Shown here piece by piece: positions 38,887-52,945 of a stretch of 64,000 nt of DNA. Each line of letters begins with the position of its first letter. The stretch's first letter is position 1. The stretch comes from Octopus sinensis. Its lineage: Eukaryota. A program made the position numbers and the translations under genes. The notes under the pieces were generated by a model that made no database searches, was not told the origin of the DNA, and worked only from the letters and a program-made list of their open reading frames with translations. The stretch covers positions 18,910,001 through 18,974,000 of the forward strand of contig NC_043012.1 in the NCBI RefSeq assembly GCF_006345805.1, given 5' to 3'.

Positions 38887-39060
38887 TAACATGGAAAATA
38901 TCATAGGAATGAGGACCCACGTTCGAAATTTTCCCAAGTCACCTGCTGAACGCTGGAGGGTTAACAACAAGCAAGGTGTGGACAAATATTCGTCAAATGT
39001 AATTAATGTAAATAATGTACATAATTCCTCATCTGTTAAATATAGAACTGCATATATGAA
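38745..39060 (+). mobile_element. tRNA-headed SINE with (AAT)n spacer and hammerhead/PLE-like tail
   Basis: A box TGGCGTAGTGG 38748-38758, B box GAGTTCGATTCC 38791-38802, (AAT)n 38827-38885, then a body with CAC-CTGCTGA-A-CGCTG and a deletion of the 3' half of the motif. Confidence 0.8.
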
Positions 39061-39944
39061 TTCTTGTCGACTTGAACCCCAACATAATTTTCCAGAAATT
39101 AGTAATGATCTGCGCCCGCAAGATCCATACGTTATTGTTCAAACAGTATAAGTTACTCTGCAGATGTAAGTGAAATAAACCTGTGTAACCATGCTGCATA
39201 TAACAAAGAAAGACCTATCACTTGAATCAGATTATAGGTTCAGCGACGTGAATAATCATTAGCTAAATATGTGATTTTAGTAAAAATTCCACAAATTATG
39301 GGAGAGAAATGAGAAATGTTGAAATAATCGTAAGAAATTGATTTTGATTGTTAACATTACAGTGAGGACGACGGATATATTTGGTCGTAATGTAGCCTCC
39401 AGTGATGCACAATCAATTCCTAACTGAAAATCACGGGATATTACTTAACACGCTTAAATTCTATCATTTGTTGTACCTTCATTAAGAAACACTGTATAAT
39501 AGTGGTAAATAATACTTTATCGGAGTGATTTTTGCTTAAATTTCCCGAGCATCAGATTTCCCCGATTGGCTCTACCTTTTGACATATTCAAAGTTCCCGA
39601 ATTAGTCGAGTAGCCAAGTTTAACCGTGTGAACTCCTATTCGATTTCGTATTATACGCTAAAACATACTTTATTTTTAACTTCATTACTTAGACGCCATA
39701 TAAATCTGCCATGCCCCCACCACCACCACCACTACTAACAACAACCGAAAAATTCAAAATTGGACACAAGATATTTTTTTAGTTTCTAGTGAAATAATAT
39801 TCGATGAAAAATAAGGTAGCATCACCTAATTTCGTATATTTAAATAGATGAATCGATCTGTAAAGAAAGTTTGTTACCATGTTTCTTTTTTGTGGACAAG
39901 CAGGAAATTCATAAAGAATACTCCAATATTAACCTGCCAGGAGA

Positions 39945-40080
39945 TGAAGAGTTGCCAAAATCGTTAGTACGACAGCTAAAATAATTAACGGAATTTTGTC
40001 TATCTTTACGTTCTGAGGTCCACTGTGGCTTTCATAAAATAAATATAAGGTGAGGACTGGCGTCGATGTAATCGACTTCT
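39945..40080 (+). mobile_element. Degenerate SINE S1 with internal deletions
   Basis: gagttgccaaaatcgttagtacg...ctttacgttctgagg...ctggcgtcgatgtaatcgactt. Confidence 0.6.
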
Positions 40081-40182
40081 TGAAACAATGTTTTCATAAT
40101 GGACACGTTTCTAGTTACAGAAATAACTCTTGATAACAAAAACACGACTAAGCGGAGATTTCAACATTATACATATATTTGT

Positions 40183-40526
40183 GAAGGCGCATGGTTCAGT
40201 TGTTAGAGCGTCGAGCTTACGATCGTGAGGTTGTGAACTCGAATCCCGGACCGGGCTGCGTGTTGTGTTCTTGAGCAAGACACTTTATTTCACGTTGCTC
40301 CAGTTCACTCAGCTGTAGAAATGAGTTGCGACGTCACTGGTGCCAAGCTGTATCGATCTTTGTCTTTCCCTTGGATAACACTGGTGGCGTGGAGAGGGGA
40401 GGCTGGTATGCATGGGCGACTGCTGGTCTTCCATAAACAACCTTGCCCGGACTTGTGTCTAGGAGGGTAACTTTCTAGGTGCAATCCCATGGTCATTCAT
40501 GACCGAAGGGGGTCTTTACCCTTTAC
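40183..40526 (+). mobile_element. Full-length tRNA-Arg(ACG)-related SINE S2 with CORE-like centre
   Basis: tRNA-like head, central tgtgttcttgagcaagacac...cactcagctgtagaaatgag domain, and a tail matching the 25155 copy. Confidence 0.9.
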
Positions 40527-42041
40527 ATATATTAAGTAGCGATCTAGAATTTTGATGAGTTCATAACTATCGGAACCAAAAATATATTTTTTGTTTAATC
40601 TTTCAATGATCTGGTTAGTGAGCGATTTTTAACCGCATTGCCATTTAATACCAATTGCCATTAATGTCTAAAGGTTTAGGAAATTACTACAGCAGTGTTG
40701 AAAGAAAAATATTTATAAACTTATAACACTGAAGAGTAAAATATGCGAATAAAGGTCATGTTGCATAGGCGAACAAGTATGTTGGTAGAATGCAATGATT
40801 CAGTAATATAATCTGCTGAACGTGTCTACATGTATTTGGCACTCGTCAAAGAAATATGGCTTCGTACTGACGTTAACTTTACAATTCAAGCGACATGTCA
40901 ATCAGATTTAGAAAACAACCTTAAATATTATATTGGCACACCATCATTGTATTAGGAGAAGCATTATTTCAAGAACTAGAACTGACCTGCTGAGTCCATT
41001 TTGGGATTCAGCTCCAACAAATTGCTACAAATTTATTCGGATATTGATGGCAACACAAATTGAAATATAACATGAAGCAAAGATGCTGGCTGGTTAGTGT
41101 AATTGATAAAATAGTTAAATGGTTGAATGACTCATTGTAATTATTTTGGAAAATATCTCTTCAGAAAAATCCTGCATGTTTAATAGCTTAATGAAACGTG
41201 ATAAAAAAAATCCTTTAGGTTAATACTTTACAACGGCGCCATTCTTTCATTGTACATTAATGTACGTCAAGGAGAATCATTTTATCATTTCAAGTTTGTA
41301 CTGTTACATCATATTTTGCCTGAATGATTACAGCATTGAATGGTTACTGGTGCCAATCATTATACAACTAAAACACCGATAACATACAAATACAATCAAA
41401 AGGAAATGAAATATTGCAATATTATTAATAATATTTGCTTTCGGCGATCAACTTTCTTAGGAAACATCTGATGAGAAAGGACAGCAGTAAATGATTGCTA
41501 CCCCTACAGGTGCAACAATATTCATTAAAAGATTATTTGTACAGTAACTAAAAAAAAACGCGTATTCATACACATATATGCATGTATACCAAAAAAACAT
41601 GAATTATATAGACATGATGTATATACATGAGTGTGTGCGTGTGTATGTGAATGTGTGTATATGTATGTGTGCGTATGTATGTATGTATAAACGGTCCATA
41701 TGTGTATAGTAATTGAAGCCGCACGGGATGATTGGATTAAACAAGCTAAGAAGTAAAAGACAGGAGTAGATGAATGTTAATTTGACGTAATACCAGACAA
41801 AATGGCGGCAGAGTCAGTTCCTGGTATTTTACTAACGTTATTTATTTTATTTCATCTGATTTACTTCTTTAAAATTTGTATACAACCAGAACCACACACA
41901 GACTGAAAAAATTCGTTTGTACCATGTATTAGCACACACATACGTACATACACCACACGCACACACACATATATATACATAGACTTAAGTATGTATGTAT
42001 GTATGTATGTATGTATGTATGTATGTATGTTTGTATGTATG

Positions 42042-42085
<44 letters not shown>

Positions 42086-42634
42086 ATAGATGGATAGATA
42101 GATACGTAGTCAGATAGAATAAGAGAGAGATGCATGCATATATGTGTGAGAGATTGTTGATTCGTGTGAGCGTAGTTGTGTATAAGTGTGTGTGTGTTAG
42201 GTTCCCACTTGCGGCATTTCTACATTGATTTAATGCATTGGCTACTCGATGTCTGGTCTAACAATTCACTTGCGTCTAGAAGACTGAGGTGGAGTAATTA
42301 CGGAAATGTACGACAAAATCGAGTAAATATTGACACCGTTAAAACAATCAAAAACTAAGAACAGTAGAACAGAAATCAAGTTTTTTGTTCGCGGCTATTT
42401 AGAACAGAATGTATTTCCTCTCGTCCTCTCTCAATTTTTCTATCTCTTTCTAAATTACTCCTGTTGTTTTTCTCTCCACATTGAAATATGTCAATTAGCA
42501 TTTCATTCTTTACAGCTAGTACGCAACTTGTTTTACAGAGCATATTGTTAGTAAATGGAACAGAAATTGCAATGAATGTCGGATATACGCACGCATATAC
42601 ACAAAGCACACTCATAGTAAGCAAATACATTCAC

Positions 42635-42679
<45 letters not shown>

Positions 42680-43089
42680 CGTGTCCAATCCTAAATGTAT
42701 CTCTATTTCACGCAATATCACACACATCTCTCAAAGCTGATAATAATCGCAATTTTCTGCTGATCACTATTTAGTATTCAACTCAGGCAACTGTACGACG
42801 TGTAACTCGATGACTTCGTGTGAGTGTATATGTGCAACAAGCAAACGTTGAAAAAAATCACCTTATATATATGTTTATGGAAATTGTAAAGCTATAACAA
42901 AATAATCTATATATAGGCTTTAATATAATGAACAAATGTAAATCATATTTTTCTCTTTTAACTGTATGAGGAGACACTACTAATAAATGGAAAGCTTAAG
43001 TATATTTTAGTATTGTATAGTTATCGAAGGCGAACATTCTGTTAAACACTAGCATAGTATCTATTTGCACAACGATAATAATGCTCTAT

Positions 43090-43091
<2 letters not shown>

Positions 43092-43178
<87 letters not shown>
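43092..43178. repeat. Perfect (TA)n tract
   Basis: Directly visible. Confidence 0.95.
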
Positions 43179-43181
<3 letters not shown>

Positions 43182-43411
43182 CAACAATTGAGGGTAAAAT
43201 TAATTAATTAATCAATTTCACCAAGTATTCAGTATGCAAAGGGACCATTTAAGGCGAATTCAAATTATTACATTATATAAAAGGGCTTAGTAAAATAAAT
43301 TACTTTGCCGCATACTGAACTCATTAGAAATAGCAGCTAAAAAAAACTTTTTTAAAACTATTTCTAATACTTAAAGAAAACCCCTCTCATATATTGTTTG
43401 CTCAATTCAAC
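43179..43411. mobile_element. Structured ~230-bp element between TA tracts, class unknown
   Basis: Two internal stems (43228-43237/43310-43319 and 43323-43333/43358-43368) and short subterminal AATTGAG/CTCAATT. Confidence 0.45.
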
Positions 43412-43600
43412 TATATATATATATATATATGCGTGTGTGTGTGTGTGTGTGTGTGTGCGTGTGTGTGTGTCTGTGTGTCTGTATGTATGTATATGTATGT
43501 GTGTATATGTATATATTTGTGTGTGTGCATATGCACATATCTGTACATACGTGCGAGTAACACTTTCAGCCCACATATACATAAACATATATATATGTTT

Positions 43601-43699
<99 letters not shown>

Positions 43700-43712
43700 T
43701 TATATATATATA

Positions 43713-43757
<45 letters not shown>

Positions 43758-44279
43758 ATATATATTATATAATATATATATATATATACATATAAATATG
43801 ATGTTAAGATTCGGAGTGATGTACTTCATACTGTTAATGTTGTTTTCGATATCATTTAAGCAGTTTATATTAGAATATAGTTTTGGCTAAAATCTATAAT
43901 TATATTGTGACGTAGAATAAAGCATTGAGACAAAGTTTGTGACTTCGACAAACCATATTTCTACGCTTAGTAATAATGAGTTTATAAGACTAGAGCAGAG
44001 TCTAGTAAAGAGATAGTGATAATACAACTGTAGGTTATATGTAAAAATATATGCTTGCGTTTTTAACTATATACTCTATTATTCCATGAGTGGCATCCGT
44101 AATCCGTGTTGCTTGTTCAAACTGAATTACATTCGATTCACACATGGTCGTGGTCACTAAGATGGGCTGCATAGAAGATCTTAGTTATCAAGTAATAATA
44201 TATAGTCAAATAAGACATTGATAACGAAACCTGTTTTCAATATGATACATGAATACCACATCCATATATACACACACAC

Positions 44280-44351
<72 letters not shown>

Positions 44352-44812
44352 ATGCAGGTATGTATGTATATATATATATATATATTTATTTAGTTTTGGT
44401 ATTTTGTTAAACTGCCGTATGTTCAAATTTCGACAAATGCGTTACTTTGAATATTTAAGTTTGCTTGCTGTAACCGGATCATTTGGTCAAATTATCGTAT
44501 CGTACAACAATTTGACATAAAAAATATCAAATTGTAGTACATCGGTTTAACATTTTTGAAACATGTAGTATGTCCTACATATGACAGTTTTGCAAATATA
44601 TATCGTACTGGCATGGAGTTACGATTATATTCACCCAACAAAGTTTTATTCTTAAGCTAAAATTGTTGCCAAAATTGGAATGGTGAATCTATTTCTTCGT
44701 TTTTTGAGAACGCAACGATTTGGACTTAAGACATTTTTGCATAATAGCAACTAGATATACATATATGTGTGTGCCTCGGTGTGTTTGTGTTTGTGTATGT
44801 GTATGCATATAT

Positions 44813-45330
44813 AGGTACAGAACGTCACCAACAGTAAACAACATGTAATACGAAAACATATAAGTTAAACACGCAAAGGGGAGGGGAGAAAAATAGAAGA
44901 CAGGATAAGTAACACATAAAATGGCGCTTCATCAGTTGTCGGCTGTCTACTTACTTCTCATTTCGAACATTGAACGACAATATGAGTCTTCGATGGCAGT
45001 TCTTCCAACAAATACCAAAAGAAAATTTTGGATCTATGGAGAGTTAAATTTAGACACAAAAGCCGGACAGTGGAGACGTACACGGAAACGCAGAAGTAAT
45101 ATTTGTTTTTGAAAAGAGAAAATATAGAAGAGATAGAAGACGTCCAGTCCTTTTGACGTCCTGGAGGTAAAAAATATGTCCCACGTGAGAAGAAGAAAGA
45201 TGGACGATGGGCACGTGTGAGCAAAGAGAGAAAAAGAGAAAGAGACGGGAGAAAACGGTGAAGGAGAGAAAAGGGAATTAGAGAAGAACGGGGGAGAAAA
45301 CATTATTTAGTAGAGTCTCATCGAAAAGGT
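44813..45330 (-). mobile_element. Non-coding repeat-like element (PLE-terminus-like) with permuted hammerhead-like motif
   Basis: Pyrimidine-rich minus strand with CTCACACGTG near 45220, motif at 44986-44927, terminus near 44813. Confidence 0.55.
44927..44986 (-). ncRNA. Candidate non-circularly permuted hammerhead ribozyme
   Basis: CTCAT-A (III' plus UH), TTGTCG (I'), 10 nt, GAAA-TGAG (III), 15 nt, CGACAA (I), CTGATGA-A-G. Stem I has 6 perfect bp, stem III 5 perfect bp; stem II has only the G-C closing pair. Confidence 0.6.
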
Positions 45331-45366
45331 TTAGATAAACGTACTTGGAAATGGATGTGTGGCGCT

Positions 45367-45389
45367 CAATTGATGGGATAATACTAATG

Positions 45390-45433
<44 letters not shown>

Positions 45434-45529
45434 TATATGGGTACAGAATGTCACAAACGATCAGAGAACGATCCTTCATCCGCCATGTATATATATATAT
45501 ATAATATATATATATATATATTATATATA

Positions 45530-45561
<32 letters not shown>

Positions 45562-45567
45562 TTATAC

Positions 45568-45615
<48 letters not shown>

Positions 45616-45670
45616 CATATATTATATATATTATATATATTATATATATATATATTATATATATATATAA

Positions 45671-45708
<38 letters not shown>

Positions 45709-45718
45709 TATATATATA
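45367..45718. repeat. (TA)n tracts interrupted by a 50-bp island at 45437-45486
   Basis: The island begins gggtacagaatgtcacaaac, like the 44813 terminus ggtacagaacgtcaccaac. Confidence 0.8.
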
Positions 45719-47690
45719 GCGTGTATCTATGTTTCAATATTGGCCATTCAGGTCATTTCAGCCCATTGTCTTTTGCACATGTTTGCAAGTAATTATGCAG
45801 TAGACATGATTTCCCTTGCAATTGTGATATTGTTCGTACGAAATTCGTAAAACATTCAATGCCGAATACGCAGCTCTAATCTTCCACGGCTTACCAGTCA
45901 AAGCATATATACACACTCTTCGTGGGATCTCAGTAATGTCTTGTCGTTAATTCTATTCTGATTGGTTGATTGCAATGATATATTTTATCGGTTTGTAAAT
46001 TGTCTGTGGTATGACATCTGATTACTTACTTGAAAATACATTCTTGTATCCCTAATACAGAGGTGATTATTCCTTCGACTATAAACTTAACAAGGCCGTT
46101 ATTAGGATAATGCTGCGTTTAACGTAATGAGTTCAAATCAGCATATATCGCAATGCTAATATATTCATTCCTTCAAAATACAATTGTGATTGTCAGCAAT
46201 AATCATTCTCGGCTCTGAAGCAGTTTTCTCATCGCTCGTGCCAAAAATAATGTTTTTTAAAGGGGAAGCATTTCTGAATTCTTGGTGAGATGTTTCGGCA
46301 TCATGCCTCTCATGCTGAAAGTTTGGTTTTTTCCAATGGTATCTTATCATGATGCATAAATCGATCTAAGTTTAATATTAAATGCATGATATTTCTGTCA
46401 TGTCTTTAATAACTTTTGTCATTACCCATAATCTTCATCTCTCCTTTCATTTTATTTATGTTTTGTTTCACTACATTTACTTCTTATTTCAATACGTTAA
46501 ACTATAATAAACTCAACTGTCACCAAAGAGATTTATTTCATTTGCTAATTACAAATGCTATATAGATGCGTCAAAGCGTATATTTCATTCAGTTTCTTCA
46601 TTGTGTATTTGGAACGAGATACTTTTTTAGATAGCATGAGAATATATCGGGAAATAAAACGATACGTCAAATTTATTTTCACAGATATTGAATATGTTAC
46701 TTTCTTGCAGAATACAAGAATGTAATATCATAAGGAATACATTATTTAAGGGCACACATTCCTTTACACGCATTCATGAAAGGAATGACATGAAGAAATA
46801 TACATATTTTCCTTTAAATGATTCACACCTTATCTATAACTTTTAATATTTCATCACATTGAGTTCTATCAATTTGACATCTATATCAATATTTCCTGTA
46901 AATATTTGCACATTGCAAACTATATAGACAAATACACGCAAAGAGTGGAGTCTTTTCCTCAAGTAGTGATACTCACATTTCATCAATTATATAAAATGCA
47001 TACATAGCCTTCATTGTTATTCACGACTTCTCTATTCGCATAAAATTATTATCGGACTCAAATAAATAATTTCTATAAATATGACAGGTGTGTGTTTCTG
47101 TTTGTGTTACATGACTGTGCTTATGTGACAGCCTATATATACATGTAGTTGTATGTTAATATCTATATGCACAAACACACGTGTATATGCATTTATATAT
47201 AGCAAAATATGCCACAGATATAAAACACATATATCACATTTCCGTTATGTTCGTAAACTACGGGAATATGGCATGGATATGAATTCATTGGACCTTATAT
47301 ATAATTCTTAGAAATAACTATACAAATACTGTCAGGGTAAGATAGATGATACCGATTATATATCACTTGTAAATCATATACATCCAATTATTATTCTCGA
47401 TACTAAATACCGTTGTAGTGATATTTACGACTGAGAACAATTCGGTAAAGATATTGCATAATCGAAAATTGATCGCATTAATTTCCTCGTGTAATTTTCT
47501 AAGTTTTTTTATTTCTATTAATTATGTATTTGATAGAATTAATTTATGATATTAATTCAACATATAGATATAGGTATGTGTATATATATATATCTACACA
47601 CCGACACAGTCATACAAGCACAGACACACAAGCACACACACAACAAAAGACAGAGACGGTAAATGGAATATACGAGAAACTTCATTGCTC

Positions 47691-47724
<34 letters not shown>

Positions 47725-48128
47725 GGAGAGAGAGAGAGAGAGAGAGAGATAGATAGATAGATATATAGATAGATAGATAGATAGATAGATAGATGTCATA
47801 CACTTAAACGATACCTCTTAAATCATGTGTAAAGCTAGGGTTATACTTGTTTCCTTAAGAAATGCCCCCATTTTCAATTTCTTTGACAATTAAATTACCT
47901 TACTAATTGCAAACAACGCAATACACTCCTTCAGACAAATAATATTTCGTGTTAATTAAAATGTAAATTAAAACATTGCAGTCAAGGTGTATTCTTGTAT
48001 TTGACAAATATTCATTATCAGACTTTCAGTAGAAAGCCCTTGAAAGATTAGGGCCACTCCCATGAGCTGTTATATTTTATAGTACATTGAGTATTCTATG
48101 TATGCATCTCTATCTCTCTCTCTAGCTT

Positions 48129-48179
<51 letters not shown>

Positions 48180-48184
48180 AAACC

Positions 48185-48300
48185 TGGCGGTGTGTTGTGT
48201 TCCTGAGGTAAAACACTTCATCTCACGTTGCTATGTGAACACTTTGACATCTGACGGGTAGGACACGGTGCACTTGTTCAGACAACGTCGATTTGATGGA
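48185..48300 (+). mobile_element. CORE-like SINE fragment
   Basis: gtgttgtgttcctgaggtaaaacacttcatctcacgttgct matches the S2 central domain. Confidence 0.55.
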
Positions 48301-49034
48301 GAGACTGAACTAACGAGTGGGACGAACAGTTGCCCCCAGAAACATATGTCATTGTGCCGTTCTTTCGGCAAAATTGCTGAAGAATTTTCAGACGCCGTTG
48401 TTATGGACTTTCTAACGACCACTTTAATTGATTAAGGAAAATATTACATCATCAGATTACGTCATCAGTTGAATTCATGAACTTCAAAATAGAGGATATT
48501 CAGAATGATTTAACAGAGTTTAATATCCACGCGCTAAAAGCATTTACAGTGATTGCGCTACCATTTTAGTTGGCATTTTATTATGTTTATCTACAACTGA
48601 TGTATTAGGTGAATCACTGTAAATTTTTTGGTTCTGTGTATTTTTAACTATGCTAAGTCATTCCAAATGTCCAACATACATGAATTCATCTAACGAAATC
48701 GTTTTTTTTACAATAGTGTAATGTTTTCCTTAATCAATTAACGGAGTCGTTAGAAACATCCTTAATGCATTGGCACCTGTACTTCTACTGTTATTCATTT
48801 ATATTTTATTCACTTGTCACGCGATCTGCTCATCGTAAATATTATGGACAGTATATTTGACACAATTTACATATCTCAATAGCTCAAGATCTAATTGAGT
48901 GCATACACTGCAGAAATATCATTATCCTAGTACTTATGTACCAAGTTACTATTTTTCTGTGTGTATATTATTCCGATCTAATGAGGTGCCTCAATTTAAG
49001 TACCTAATTAAACTGAATCTTATACATATATACA

Positions 49035-49120
<86 letters not shown>

Positions 49121-52100
49121 TTTATGTATGTATGTATGTATGTATGTATGTATGTATATAGGCAGATAGATAGATGTGTAATAGTATAAATATATGTCTT
49201 ATACACTTGTGCACACTTATGTGCACACTTATGTGCACGATTATATAGGCATAGACACAAGGAAGTAGATAATCTTTCGAGTAATGCCCATTCATACATT
49301 TAGCAAAATCCTACCCACTCTGTTCCATACAGTCTACTTTGTTTTATTAAATTAATAGGATACAAATCGTATTACATGAGAAATTCTTTCTGAAAATAAA
49401 ATATCAAAAAATGTTTTGGCTTCCTACAAAGCAAAGTTCTAAGCTATTTAGATTGTAGGAAATGTGCCAGATAACATTTTTTGGCCAATAGAATTTTTTA
49501 TTATTGAAACAATATAAAAAAATAAACTGCAAAATCAATATGTCAACATTCTTGGCTATATTTGGTGTTTGAAGTTATATTTATTTATTTTCTTAGTTCA
49601 TGTAAAGGACCTTACGTTACAGACGCCAAAACACGCCCTGCTATGCATGTTATATACTAGGTCCGATGAGTGTAGCAGCATGAATAAAGCCATTTGCGGT
49701 TAAGTAACCGTCTGAAATATCGACCTGACAATGTTTTTGTCATATATCGACACTTTATCATTTTCGATTGAAAGACTCAAATTTTCTGAAACATGGGATA
49801 TATATTCGTAAAGAACCAGTTATTATAGTATGCAGATATTTACCAATCATTTGCATAAGCACATAACGTAATATAAATATCAAAACACATTCACACACAG
49901 AGACAGACACACATTTGTATAGCATATATAACGGGAGATATAATAAGTGAATGTGCTACAGGAAGTTAGTCGAATGTAGATATGAATATATGTGCATAGA
50001 TACATACATACATACATATACATATACATACATGCACACACACATACATATATAAAGAGAGTATGAGCGAAAATATATATGCGTTTGGTATGTGTATAAA
50101 GAAGAGTGGGATTGTGAATGTATGCAATGTTGCAATGTTTATTTAAACGATCGTTGCGTCAAATGTATATCACACCAAATAAAGAATAGTTGCGCCAATA
50201 TATAGCAGGGTAGTAACTTGGAATATAAACAAAGTATCATTTTTCTTTTTTCTACGAATTTGATACACTGTATTGAACTACTCTTCTCCATCATCTGAAG
50301 AAAGTGAAAATCACTTGCGCTAATCTCTAGCGGTATGAAGGTCATTTAAGTAAACACAGTGATTGTTTTACATTACTTAAGTTGCAACACTACTATAAAG
50401 TTAGCCTACCTAAATATCGAAATGTTATAAAGTACATACTGCGTATTAAACCAATGATGACGGTACTGCATTGTATAAATATTAACGGTGTGTAAAAGGA
50501 ATATCCATTCTCTTGTACTGTTTCACTTCGTGCAGAGGCGCCGATGGAATAATAGTTGAAATAATATTCATTTAAGTATAATTCAAAATCATGTGTTTAC
50601 TTTAATTCATACAAAACATGAATAAGATAAACACAATGATTTTATATTTTCGGAGTATTTATTTAGTCATGATACGTCTGAGATCCTTTGCAATTTTAAC
50701 AATTACTAATGTATTAGATTATCGGAAATTGATTTCGAAATTAATCTGTTACCTTAAATTCCTTTTTCCTTTCACATCATTTATTCAAATATTATTCTAT
50801 CATATAATACAGAAGGACAAATTTAAATGCGAAAAGAATTACATATGGTTGCAATTATATAGTCATATACACACATACATATACACACTTTTACATACAT
50901 GAGGTGTACTGCGAATATCATTATATAGTTGAAAAGATAATCTTTTGTGTTTTCCGAGTTGTCTTTCTCTGAGTTCATATACAATAAATCATGGCAGTTA
51001 ATTACACGTTTGAACGTTTCGAGGTCAATAAAATAAGCTATCAGTTTAAAATAAACTAACCGGAGACTTCGTTGTCCACTGGGTCACATTCTAAATATTA
51101 CATAATAGTGTGCCTTAATTAGAACACACACGCTCAGCACAAATACACACACACACACACACAAGCGCGTACACATACACAAATACACACACACACAAGC
51201 GCGTGCACATACACAAATACACACACACATATATGCATGTGTCTGTATGCGTATGTGTGTACGCGCGCATGTAAGCATGAATATAATGATATTATAAATC
51301 TTTAAAAATTCTCAAAAAAAAAAAAAAAAATTCATGAAGGCGGGGGCCTTTGCACACCATTTGCGAGATATTTCCGAAATGATGAATTTGATTCAAACTA
51401 TATTCACTCTGAACGGCTCCTCATCTAACATTGTGATAAATACATTAACGGTGGACGGATATATGGGTGATGCCTCCATATTTCCGCAACCATCTGTATA
51501 AAATTTTAGATGCCTAAAGGTAATAAGATATTTGAAAATTTTCAAAGTAATATGAAACAATACTGCCGTCGGGTAATATTCAACATCTTAATCTTTCTTT
51601 ATTTCAGAGCTATGATGCTTACCAAAGAATGCAAAATTAATAACTGACAAAGTGTATTATAAATGATTGAAAGCATGAATTCACTTCCGTATTTCATAAT
51701 AATTAAGTGTGTTACAATGTAAATTTGTGAAAAGTGCATTATTATATCAATATGCTGTGGGTTCAGTTTTGCGCTAGAATCACTGAAAGGCACCTAGTTA
51801 TGGTTTTGAATTAGCAGTATATATAAATCTGAAATTGTATACTTACACAATACACAATTATCCACTGTTGGAGTTATCGTTAAAGGTTTTAGTTGCCAGT
51901 CCTTTTTGCTCTCGATTACATTATTCTGTGCAAATACTAAACATGATTCTTTCCGTCCATAACCGACATACTATATAATTCACTTCAAGACAATTTGCAG
52001 AGACTTTCTAAACTTTGGTCAAAGTGTGTTTTGGAAGAGATCATCCCAAAAGTTCGATACTCGTTAATTACAAAATACATTGTAGAATTTGATAAAGAAA

Positions 52101-52914
52101 CTCATTAATTCTTATCTGAAGCCATTTTCTAAAACCTGATACTAACGACGTCCACCACTTAAGAAATTATAATACTAGCGCTGCACAGGCTCTTAATACT
52201 CTCTTAATAGATTTCGCGCATTAGAAAATGCCTATAAATATATGCATATAAAACAGAAAAGAAGGATATTCGATTTAAAAACTTTGAAGTTAAAAATGAT
52301 AAGATTTATAATTAATTCAGTATCATATAAAGTGTCTGGGATTCCATCTTCACCTACAATTAGCATAATTGATGTTAGTCTTGCATAGATAAATTAAGAA
52401 TGCAAGAAATCAGGATTGCGTGTTGCAAAAATAGGCCAAGACGAGTTTATATCATGAGAAGTATATAACAGTAATATAATGAAGTCATTTTTTATGACAT
52501 AGTAGACAGTTTATTCACATAGACACAGAAGGCAGATTATTCTGTAATAAAACTTTAGACGATATTTTAATGGTTAAATATAAGATATTCCTCATCCACT
52601 TCTTATACTACCATAAATTATATGTCAGATGAATTTGTAAATGAAATCTAGAGAATTGTGCAAAAGAAAGTTCATTGAATATTTCAAGTAACTGAACTTT
52701 CACACAATTACAAAATTAACAATGGCTGCTCAGACTTTGCACCATTACATGAACACTCTAAGGATTTCAACAATGGAAGGATGGATTTAAATAAAGTTGA
52801 TAAGCATGCATCAAGAACACGGAATGATGAAAAGCTCAATATTATTTTGATTAAATTGAGTGGATAGTGTCCAATTAGGAAACACAATACCTTACTGGTA
52901 TTTAAAAAATAATG

Positions 52915-52945
<31 letters not shown>

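Noticed and set aside
46287-46318. Minus-strand GGCA-tga-TGCC-GAAAC resembling hammerhead stem II
   Set aside because: The upstream core is CATGAGA, not CTGANGA, and stems I and III cannot form.
51012-51045. Minus-strand CTGATAG...GAAACGTT
   Set aside because: The core is wrong at positions 8-9, and there is no stem I or II pairing.
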